Sequence record: KY608965.1
Reading direction: 5' to 3' (one strand)
DNA from: Escherichia phage phiEC1
DNA length: 64,000 nucleotides
How positions within the stretch are numbered: position 1 is the first letter of the stretch; each line of letters begins with the position of its first letter. A program made the translations under genes and the position numbers. Positions 1-7,773 of the stretch are shown one piece after another. The notes beneath the pieces are model-generated. The model was given only the letters and a program-made list of their open reading frames with translations, made no database searches and was not told where the DNA came from.

Positions 1-1084
1 TTGCTTTGCAATTAATAAGGTCGTTAACAGCGTCATCAACTTCTTTAATAGAAGAGATAGCACCTAGTTTATATTTAGTTTCAATTGCATCTCGGAAAGG
101 TTTGTGTTTAAACAAAGGTCCCCAGAATTCTACGCAATCAGTAGCTTTAGCACGCCATGATTTCTCTTCACGAATCATTTCGCCTGTTTCTTCGTCAAGG
201 AATTCGCGAGCATACCACCCGGCTTTAGGCTTAACTACAAAACCAATTTCAGTTGCCATTTCTAGCAAGCCACTGAATGGGTCGATACCGCCATCAAAAT
301 TAACTGTGATCGGGAAAGTAGATTTCTCTTTAACTGTACGAGATTTTTCTGCTTTCAACGTGAAGTCATAACCGGTCAATTCTGTACCTTCTTTAACCTG
401 ACGTTTAGAGATAAAGAATACAGTGTTAGCAGAGTAAAGAATACCTGTACCACCGCCCATAATCTCTTTAGGATATAGTCCGCCGATTTCCATTGCTGTA
501 TGGTTGATTGCAACACATGGAATATCTTTAATAGTCAGATACGGGGTTACAATACGGAAAAGAGATTTAAGTGCCTTAGCACGAGACATATCACCTACGA
601 CTTTCTCGTTCAATGCATCTTCGGTTTCTTTCTTAGATGCAGTATTACCGATTGAATCGATAAAGATAATAACTTTATCACCGCGTTCAATTGCATCAAG
701 CTGATTAGTCATATCAACTTTAAGTTGTTCGACGGACTGAATTGGTGTATGAACTACACGGTCTAAATCAACACCCATTGAACGGAAGTAAGATTCTGAA
801 GCACCGAATTCTGAGTCATAGAACAAACAGATTGCATCTTTATATTTCTTCATATACGCTGCAACCATAGTTAGTCCAAACAATGTTTTAAAATGTTTAG
901 AAGGTGCAGCAAAAATAGTCAAGCCTGATTGCAATCCTGCATTCAGAGCACCACCTAGTGCAATATTCAACATCGGAATACGAGTAGGGACTTCATCACG
1001 ATTATTAAACAGCTTAGACTTAGTCAAGTCTGCAGTCATTTTAGAAGTAGAAGCTTTAATCAGACGAGATTTTAAATCAGACAT
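1..1084 (-). CDS. uvsX: UvsX RecA-like recombinase, N-terminal part (gene runs off window start)
   Basis: Minus-strand ATG at 1082-1084 gives MSDLKSRLIKASTSKMTADLTK..., T4 UvsX-like N-terminus; synteny. Confidence 0.85.
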   Translation of the reverse strand, partial: MSDLKSRLIKASTSKMTADLTKSKLFNNRDEVPTRIPMLNIALGGALNAGLQSGLTIFAAPSKHFKTLFGLTMVAAYMKKYKDAICLFYDSEFGASESYFRSMGVDLDRVVHTPIQSVEQLKVDMTNQLDAIERGDKVIIFIDSIGNTASKKETEDALNEKVVGDMSRAKALKSLFRIVTPYLTIKDIPCVAINHTAMEIGGLYPKEIMGGGTGILYSANTVFFISKRQVKEGTELTGYDFTLKAEKSRTVKEKSTFPITVNFDGGIDPFSGLLEMATEIGFVVKPKAGWYAREFLDEETGEMIREEKSWRAKATDCVEFWGPLFKHKPFRDAIETKYKLGAISSIKEVDDAVNDLINCKA

Positions 1085-1183
1085 TGTATTTTTCCATAGG
1101 CATCATTATATTTTACTCATGTTTAAAAGATAAGATGATTATATACTAAGAGTTATACAGCATTTAAAACTTTAAACAGGCTC

Positions 1184-1732
1184 TTAACGAGCCCATTTGA
1201 TAATTTCTGTAATCAAATTATTACGTTCGCTTGCATTAAATCCTATAACTTTGTTAGCACCATCATGATTAAGTAATTGATACGTTTGGATTTTGTTATG
1301 AATTGCAAACTCTTCAAAATGTGAAATGACTGTATTAAAACCGAATGAAGACAAAGTAATAAGGTCGTCTTCAAAACTTTCAGTCATTTCATTACGTGTT
1401 AAAATAATTGTGAACACATCATGGTTTTGGCAAAGACGAACATAATCCTGTTCATAAACATCAAGAACCGAGTCCGCATCTTGTCGAATACGTCCATAAA
1501 CCCAGTTACTAATATATCCACGGTCTAACAGATAAATCTTAGTAGGGTCTAAATAATTCAACATCGTTTCGAAACAGCCAACTTCATTTCGAGACTTAAC
1601 ATCGAAACGTCCATCAACTGTTCGTTTAGGGAAATCAATCTTTACATATCTTTCACTAATTTCCATTATGTCATTAATGAAAGTTGTTTTACCGGCATTA
1701 TCCGGGCCGTCTACTAAAATAATTTTAGCCAT
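1184..1732 (-). CDS. P-loop small-molecule/nucleotide kinase-like protein
   Basis: 182 aa; Walker A ILVDGPDNAGKTT near N-terminus, shikimate/gluconate/dNMP-kinase-like size; function inferred. Confidence 0.55.
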   Translation of the reverse strand: MAKIILVDGPDNAGKTTFINDIMEISERYVKIDFPKRTVDGRFDVKSRNEVGCFETMLNYLDPTKIYLLDRGYISNWVYGRIRQDADSVLDVYEQDYVRLCQNHDVFTIILTRNEMTESFEDDLITLSSFGFNTVISHFEEFAIHNKIQTYQLLNHDGANKVIGFNASERNNLITEIIKWAR

Positions 1733-1733
1733 T

Positions 1734-2633
1734 TTATTCCTCGATTACGACATCTTCGTATTTAGGTATATTATACGGCGAAGAAATTAAAGCATTAAAG
1801 TAGATGAACTCACCAAGACCTGGATGGAATACTTCTTCAGGATTTTCGAAATATTGAATCTTCGGACGTCCTTTAAGAATTTGATAGTACTCAGTTTTAG
1901 TTGGATTAAAAATTCGAATCAGCGCTTCTTCAGGATACTTATTTCTGTCGAAGCTATTATTTGGATCGGTTATATAAAGCGGTTGACCTAATTGAATTGC
2001 GCATTCAACCACTTGTTCAAAACGATAACACGGGTCACTAATTCGAAATGGATGAAAAATACCATCTAGATGAATAGGAGCCAAATCACCTACAAGACGC
2101 TGCATGACGGAAGGACGTATAACTTTCTGCGTTACGATAATCTTATTACCATCGGCACCTGCGTTAACCAGCACTTCCTTTTGACGTTCATTCAACACAG
2201 TAGTTTGAAGTGAACGATTAACAGACAACATGTCGGTTTTTAAGAATTCATCAATATAAAAACGTGGTTTATTAGGGTCTGCAGTGATATTGAAATTGAA
2301 TTCTACGTCAAAAGCGCCATCATATCCAGTGATATCTGTGATTAGAAAATCACAATCATAATAAGCAATTAATGAATCAACCACAAATTCATTTTCAGAC
2401 CAAAAATATTTACGAGTGTTATATGCGTTATCTTTATACCATAATGGAACAAACTTAAATTCCGGGAAAAGACGTTCACATTCTTTAATATCAGATGCAT
2501 TACGTGGATATGTAATCACATCACCTGGATTAGCACGGTGCAAATGAAGTTGGAAGTTGCCATCCTTAAGGATAGCATACTGTCCAGTTTCATAAGACCG
2601 CATACTCAAGATAGGTACGCGGAAAATAGCCAT
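1734..2633 (-). CDS. hypothetical protein, candidate DNA sugar-transferase of the modification module
   Basis: 299-aa ORF, stop/start coupled to neighbours; no motif I can assign; role inferred from position only. Confidence 0.5.
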   Translation of the reverse strand: MAIFRVPILSMRSYETGQYAILKDGNFQLHLHRANPGDVITYPRNASDIKECERLFPEFKFVPLWYKDNAYNTRKYFWSENEFVVDSLIAYYDCDFLITDITGYDGAFDVEFNFNITADPNKPRFYIDEFLKTDMLSVNRSLQTTVLNERQKEVLVNAGADGNKIIVTQKVIRPSVMQRLVGDLAPIHLDGIFHPFRISDPCYRFEQVVECAIQLGQPLYITDPNNSFDRNKYPEEALIRIFNPTKTEYYQILKGRPKIQYFENPEEVFHPGLGEFIYFNALISSPYNIPKYEDVVIEE

Positions 2634-3349
2634 TAGTCAAGGAATCCTTTAACATAATCAAAATCACGTTCAAACACATGGGCACTTACCATGGTATGAG
2701 TATAATCACCAACTTCTACACCGCATTCGTTAGCGATATAATGAAGTAATTTTCCTTGGAGATAAAAATCCAACTGCATAACAACAGCACAGTTCTGAGA
2801 ACGCATATGGCAGTGGGTATAAAGCTTACCATCACGAATATAATAAGTCACTGAGTCAGTACATGGATATTCAAGTGTTTCGTCCGAATCAAGCAAAGCC
2901 TGATCAGAACTTTCTAGAATTTGGAACACAACTCTTCGAGAGTTAGGTTTCTCTTTAAGTTCTTTTAGAAGAGCTGGTAATTGGGCCACAATGCGAGGAC
3001 CATAGAAAGTGTTGAAGTTCGCAGGCAAAGCATCTGATTTTGGTTTAGAAATGAATTTAGCGACATTAGGATATGCCTTAAACGCTTCTTCTGCATCAGT
3101 ACCACCAGAAATCATAAACTTCCAGAAGTCTTCGGCATATTCATAAGAGATGCGGTTAATACGTGGGTCGGTCATTTTGAACGATGATGGATTGTCAACA
3201 ACTACTGTCATGGACCCGATTTCATTACAACGTCCAATACGAGAATCAGTTACGAATTCCGGGTTTTCTAAAATTTCACGATTGACTGCTTTAAATGCGG
3301 TTTGAAAATCTGCGGCTTTGATATATTTCATTGTGTTATGTTTTCCCAT
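2633..3349 (-). CDS. 42: deoxycytidylate hydroxymethylase-like (thymidylate synthase fold, gene 42 family)
   Basis: 238 aa; motifs KPNSRRVVFQ, YPCTDSVTYYIRDG, HMRSQN...QLDF, HVFERDF parallel T4 gp42 NPDSRRGIMIY, MCTNTVQYLIRD, NMRSND...RNDY, HVYSRHF; Asp at the pyrimidine-specificity position. Confidence 0.75.
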   Translation of the reverse strand: MGKHNTMKYIKAADFQTAFKAVNREILENPEFVTDSRIGRCNEIGSMTVVVDNPSSFKMTDPRINRISYEYAEDFWKFMISGGTDAEEAFKAYPNVAKFISKPKSDALPANFNTFYGPRIVAQLPALLKELKEKPNSRRVVFQILESSDQALLDSDETLEYPCTDSVTYYIRDGKLYTHCHMRSQNCAVVMQLDFYLQGKLLHYIANECGVEVGDYTHTMVSAHVFERDFDYVKGFLD

Positions 3350-3391
3350 GTTTACCTCAATACAATTTATTATATACTCAATTCATAAAGC

Positions 3392-3631
3392 TTATTTGAA
3401 TTTCTTGGCAATGTTGATATAACGTAAAGCTTCAGAATCTATACTTCCAAGAACACTATGAAGAAATGCATCAGCGTAGTATTCCAATTGAACAGGTTCT
3501 TTAATCACTTTAGCCGCTTTGGTTTCAAACAGGCCCATCAGGGCCTTTTTAAGAATTTGTTCATTAGTGTTCAGTTTTATAGTCAAAATCTCTTCATTAA
3601 GTTGGTGGTTAAAAGTTTTTCTAGAAATCAT
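3392..3631 (-). CDS. hypothetical small protein
   Basis: 79-aa ORF; start overlaps upstream stop (ATGA coupling). Confidence 0.45.
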   Translation of the reverse strand: MISRKTFNHQLNEEILTIKLNTNEQILKKALMGLFETKAAKVIKEPVQLEYYADAFLHSVLGSIDSEALRYINIAKKFK

Positions 3632-4797
3632 TCCGGGTACCTCAAAGCGTCATCAGAGTTAGTTATATCAATAATAGATATAGAGTTTTCTGATAACCCA
3701 TTTTTAGATAACTGACGTTTATAATATCTTTCACAATATGTACACGTCGTCCCGCAGATTTCATTAGCACAATCGAAATCTGGATGTCTGAACCACCTTT
3801 TTTCTAAAAAGCCATCTAACAAAGAGGTTTCAATATTTACTGTATGTGAAAACTCAGTTTCGTTTTCAAGAGTGAAAATAGTCTCTAAAGGCTTCCACAG
3901 TTCTAACAAATTACCTTCAAACTTTTCAGAAGCGTATGCTTCAAGAACTTTCAAAATGTAGTCTGTGCTACCTGTACGTCCTGAAACTTTGAATTGAGTG
4001 ATACCAATATCATTATAAAGTTTCAAATCTTGAGGACGAACAAAACGAGTTCTCAACCAGTTAAATGGGTCTGTATCACGAGCTTTAATACAGTGCTGCA
4101 TAGGATATCCGTTTAAGGATTTAGCATCATCAGCTGTAACATCAGTACTATGGAAAATATAGCAAGAGTCACGATAGCTACAATGTGTTGTATACCCTTT
4201 ACCAGCATTAGAACAGAACTCATTTACAAGAACTTCAAATATTATATTGTTCTTATTGCAAAACTCTGCTGCACGCTTCAGGAAAGAAACTGAACGGTTC
4301 TTATGAATTCCGCAACAGACTTTTTTGATGTTATATTGGTCGTGCAAGTATTTGATTTGAGTTACGGCATCAACATGTAGAATTGTTGAAACTTCAATCT
4401 CAATATCTTTATTGACTTCACGAACAATTTCCATAACAACAGGGTTAGCGATAGTAATACGCCATACGCCTATTGACCAAAGATACTGAACATAATCCTG
4501 AATAGCTTTCTTCTTCCACTCAACTAGTTCTCTTTTTGAACCAGGATTTATCGTGTTGAGTGTATAGTTAAAGCAAATACCTAATTCGTTACAACGTTTA
4601 ACGTAGTCTTCTAACATCTTTTTGTCAACGTCAGGAAGCCTAAAATCAGGTCTGGCTGCTACAAAAGCCATTTCTCTTGTAGAGCCATATACTTCGTTTA
4701 TCAAGCTATTAGGATAGGTTTTATTGAGCTCTACGATTTTATCAAGAAGAGCTAAATCAAAATTCGTTCCGATTTTAAAAGTATTCATTTTTTGCAT
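3628..4797 (-). CDS. cysteine-rich hypothetical enzyme (possible TIM-barrel/Fe-S protein)
   Basis: 389 aa; Cys cluster CCGIH...FC...CSNAGKGYTTHCSYRDSC and C-terminal CANEICGTTCTYCERYY; weak resemblance to U32-family proteins, not confirmed. Confidence 0.55.
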   Translation of the reverse strand: MQKMNTFKIGTNFDLALLDKIVELNKTYPNSLINEVYGSTREMAFVAARPDFRLPDVDKKMLEDYVKRCNELGICFNYTLNTINPGSKRELVEWKKKAIQDYVQYLWSIGVWRITIANPVVMEIVREVNKDIEIEVSTILHVDAVTQIKYLHDQYNIKKVCCGIHKNRSVSFLKRAAEFCNKNNIIFEVLVNEFCSNAGKGYTTHCSYRDSCYIFHSTDVTADDAKSLNGYPMQHCIKARDTDPFNWLRTRFVRPQDLKLYNDIGITQFKVSGRTGSTDYILKVLEAYASEKFEGNLLELWKPLETIFTLENETEFSHTVNIETSLLDGFLEKRWFRHPDFDCANEICGTTCTYCERYYKRQLSKNGLSENSISIIDITNSDDALRYPE

Positions 4798-4844
4798 CTC
4801 GCGTTAATTGATGCGATGGTTTTTTGCAGGTCTTACTTAAATTA

Positions 4845-5231
4845 TTATAGATTCGGTTTATATGATTTAAATGTTTCGAATTCGCCTTTATTCATAAGAG
4901 CTTTGAATTCGTCAGGACGCATAGCTTTGTCGTCGATAATCCAATCATATACTGGTTTATGTGTTAGCAAATTATGATACTTCAAACCAATGTTTTCCAA
5001 GTTCTGAATCAGACTTGGGAGAATGTCAATTGCTATACGTCCAGGACCTACTGACTTCATACCGCGTGCAGTATAAAGCGTTATAGTATGCCCTGCATCA
5101 TACAGGGCATTAATGGCGGTCACCATTTCGACGTCTGGTTTGAAGTTCACATAATCACGATTGTTATTCCACTCTGTTATACAATCATCGACATCAAAAC
5201 AAAGATTAAGCATGTTTTCTACACGGTGCAT
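4845..5231 (-). CDS. HAD-superfamily phosphatase
   Basis: Motif I FDVDDCIT, motif II ITLYTAR, motif III HKP, motif IV WIIDDK; ATG at 5229-5231 overlaps upstream TAA. Confidence 0.65.
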   Translation of the reverse strand: MHRVENMLNLCFDVDDCITEWNNNRDYVNFKPDVEMVTAINALYDAGHTITLYTARGMKSVGPGRIAIDILPSLIQNLENIGLKYHNLLTHKPVYDWIIDDKAMRPDEFKALMNKGEFETFKSYKPNL

Positions 5232-6916
5232 TAGATTCGTTCCCATTGATGAGTGATATCGCCACCGATTGGACGATAGGAAACACCAGTTTCTTTATCA
5301 GTTAGTACCCATTTACCAGGATTTTTTGTAATCAGAGTAGCCGTTACAGGTTCTGCTACGTCATAACTAATAGAGCCGTCTTGAAGTACACGGCCCATGT
5401 TACGTAATTGCTTAGTCAGAAGTTCCATACCTTTATAATATGCGGCAACCGCTTTAAGTGGATTATTCTTGAAATAACCACCTAATGCAATCCAAATAAT
5501 TGCTACAGCCAAATGATGATACTCGTTAAACGAACTCATCTTTCCATATTTGTAAACTAATGGATTGATGTTAATAGTCACATTACAAGTTGTTTCATCA
5601 ATAGTAAACTGTCCCCAGGTCGGATTAGCATTGAATTCATCATAACCTGAAACAGCATAAAGCACTTTAGCTTCATCATACAATTTTGGCCCGTAAATCT
5701 TGGTTTCACCAAAATATCCACGAGGGTCGATAAACTTGACTTCGCCGTTATCAGTAATCATAGTATTACTGAAGTTTGGGTCACCGTGAATAACAGAGTA
5801 CTGTCCCTGAGAACGGTTATGATAACGAATAAGATGTTCTAAAGCTTGTTTCAACATTGGCTTCAGACGTCCAATCTTAGTGTAGTTCACGTGTGTGATT
5901 TTACCAAATGAATCAATCAATGGCTGAATGCTTTCACAACGATCAATAACTTTCGTATAGAACTCTTTAGTGAAATCACGGCGAACAGTTTCAGGACTTA
6001 CAAAATAAGTGTCTGTGCTGAATTTCAGTGCATCTAAAATTGCATCAACAATTTGTGGACGAGCAAGACTTGATTTGGATTTAATATATTCAAATGCCGG
6101 CTTACCTTTAATACGTTCCATTTCAAAATTATTTTCATTTACCGAAACTAACTGAGGAACTGAATCTGATTTCACTTTCAAATACCATGAAATCTCATCT
6201 TTTTGAAGAGCTCGACCTTGTTCGGTTAACGCGAATTTAGTTACAGTTTCTTCGCCAATTTCAACTGCATTAAAACTACGATTAAGTTCACGAACTTCAT
6301 GAGCTTTTTCAAGTTTAGGCATATCACCTAAATCAATTAGATTCATAAGCTCTGATTTATTGAATGCACTGCCGTAAAGGAATTCTACGAAATCACGTCC
6401 TTTGCAGTATTCGTGAATTTCCTCGTCAGTAGAACCCATGTAGAATTCCCAGTCTTTGAACTGATAAATTCCTACAACATTACCGCCTGTTGAACCTACG
6501 TTAGTGATATTTTCACCATCGAAATTATATCGACATTCATCACCCTTAACATAGATTGCGTTAACATTCCAAGACCATGAACCAAAATCAGGAATAATAT
6601 CACACCAGTTAACAATTACATTATGGCCATCTAAATCTTTGTATAATTTAGCAAGAGCATAAGCAGAACCATACGCTTCATCAACTGTACGAATAGTCAC
6701 ATTGAACCCTTCTTGCTCACAATAAGCTCGAACAGTTTCAGCAAATTTTGAATGAACTACTACAATAATTTCATCTGCGCCAAGGTCAGAATAAATTGTA
6801 TACAAATTGCTCAGAATAGTGTCTTGCTTATAGTTCACAAGAACTTTTGGAATATGGTGAGTAATTGGATATAAACGAGTTGCCAATCCAGCACCAAGAA
6901 TAACAGCTTTTTTCAT
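5231..6916 (-). CDS. bifunctional sugar-1-phosphate nucleotidyltransferase / APH-like anomeric sugar kinase
   Basis: N-terminus VILGAGLATRLYPIT (RmlA/GlmU-type G-x-G-T-R-L-x-P-x-T); C-terminus VIHGDPNFSN...FIDPRGYFG (aminoglycoside/choline-kinase-type catalytic loop); SD GAGGA upstream. Confidence 0.8.
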   Translation of the reverse strand: MKKAVILGAGLATRLYPITHHIPKVLVNYKQDTILSNLYTIYSDLGADEIIVVVHSKFAETVRAYCEQEGFNVTIRTVDEAYGSAYALAKLYKDLDGHNVIVNWCDIIPDFGSWSWNVNAIYVKGDECRYNFDGENITNVGSTGGNVVGIYQFKDWEFYMGSTDEEIHEYCKGRDFVEFLYGSAFNKSELMNLIDLGDMPKLEKAHEVRELNRSFNAVEIGEETVTKFALTEQGRALQKDEISWYLKVKSDSVPQLVSVNENNFEMERIKGKPAFEYIKSKSSLARPQIVDAILDALKFSTDTYFVSPETVRRDFTKEFYTKVIDRCESIQPLIDSFGKITHVNYTKIGRLKPMLKQALEHLIRYHNRSQGQYSVIHGDPNFSNTMITDNGEVKFIDPRGYFGETKIYGPKLYDEAKVLYAVSGYDEFNANPTWGQFTIDETTCNVTININPLVYKYGKMSSFNEYHHLAVAIIWIALGGYFKNNPLKAVAAYYKGMELLTKQLRNMGRVLQDGSISYDVAEPVTATLITKNPGKWVLTDKETGVSYRPIGGDITHQWERI

Positions 6917-6957
6917 GTTGAAGTCCTCATTGGTAAGTAGGTGTATTGTACACTATT

Positions 6958-7101
6958 CTAGTTAAAGCATTCATACTTTGCTTGTAGTCCAATCATAATC
7001 CATCCAATTACAAGTGTTGGAATCATTACTGGAGCCGTTAAGCTCCAGTAGATAGTCATGACAAGCATCAATAGTAAAAGTCCTATTGTTATTGCTTTCA
7101 T
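6958..7101 (-). CDS. small hydrophobic protein (47 aa), not in ORF track
   Basis: MKAITIGLLLLMLVMTIYWSLTAPVMIPTLVIGWIMIGLQAKYECFN; ATG overlaps the SIS-gene TGA (ATGA). Confidence 0.35.
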   Translation of the reverse strand: MKAITIGLLLLMLVMTIYWSLTAPVMIPTLVIGWIMIGLQAKYECFN

Positions 7102-7733
7102 TGTTCGCCTCGTAACATGGCACCTAGTGCACCGCCTGGATGGAACTTAAGGAAGTCATTAGAGGTAAATCCACGTTCAGACGAAAGGTTGATAGCAAAC
7201 GTATCGATAAGCGCTAACAACAATGTAGTGGACATGGTCGGAGCCAGAGAATTCTCGTCAACCTCTACCGCGATACCGGTACAGAACGTATAATCAAAAA
7301 GAGCTTCGTATTCTTGCGGAATGTCAGGGTTACAATGTAACAGAATCTGTTTAACCTGAGGACGAATCATACGAAGATGTTTAGCAACACCTATCATTTC
7401 TTCAGTCTTACCAGAACGACTGATGTGAACTAATACATCATTGGGTGCAATAAATCCTGCATCCCCATGAGAATAATGCCCAGTGTTCAAGTACATACTC
7501 GGGATACCGAGTGAAGCAAAAGTCTCTGAAGCTTTAGTTGCGATATTAGCGTTCTTACCAACACCTGTAATAATTACACGACTTTCATAATTACTCAGTC
7601 CAGGGCGACGAAGAGTTTCAAGAATAACATTATATCGGGCAGAGTTTTGACTAATTACTTTAGCCATAGTGGCAAGAGATGAAGCTTGTTTTACGATTGC
7701 GTCAATAGCGATAGTGATTGGTGTAGTTTTCAT
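7098..7733 (-). CDS. SIS-domain sugar-phosphate isomerase, KdsD/GutQ-like arabinose-5-phosphate isomerase without CBS domains
   Basis: GVGKNANIATKASETFASLGIPS, HISRSGKTEE, LAPTMSTT, FHPGGALG match the KdsD SIS domain (GMGKSGHIG..., ISNSGES, LAPTSSTT, HPGGALG). Confidence 0.8.
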   Translation of the reverse strand: MKTTPITIAIDAIVKQASSLATMAKVISQNSARYNVILETLRRPGLSNYESRVIITGVGKNANIATKASETFASLGIPSMYLNTGHYSHGDAGFIAPNDVLVHISRSGKTEEMIGVAKHLRMIRPQVKQILLHCNPDIPQEYEALFDYTFCTGIAVEVDENSLAPTMSTTLLLALIDTFAINLSSERGFTSNDFLKFHPGGALGAMLRGEQ

Positions 7734-7773
7734 ATTTCTCTCATTTAATTAGTTGGCCGTCCTTGGCATTATA

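Noticed and set aside
6-704. Plus-strand ORFs 6-371 and 504-704
   Set aside because: Antisense to the uvsX coding frame, low-complexity Ser/Ile-rich products, no ribosome-binding site; shadow ORFs
3628-4797. Firm assignment as U32-family peptidase/hydroxylase
   Set aside because: Cysteine spacing does not fit the U32 CX6CX15CX3-4C pattern; left as hypothetical
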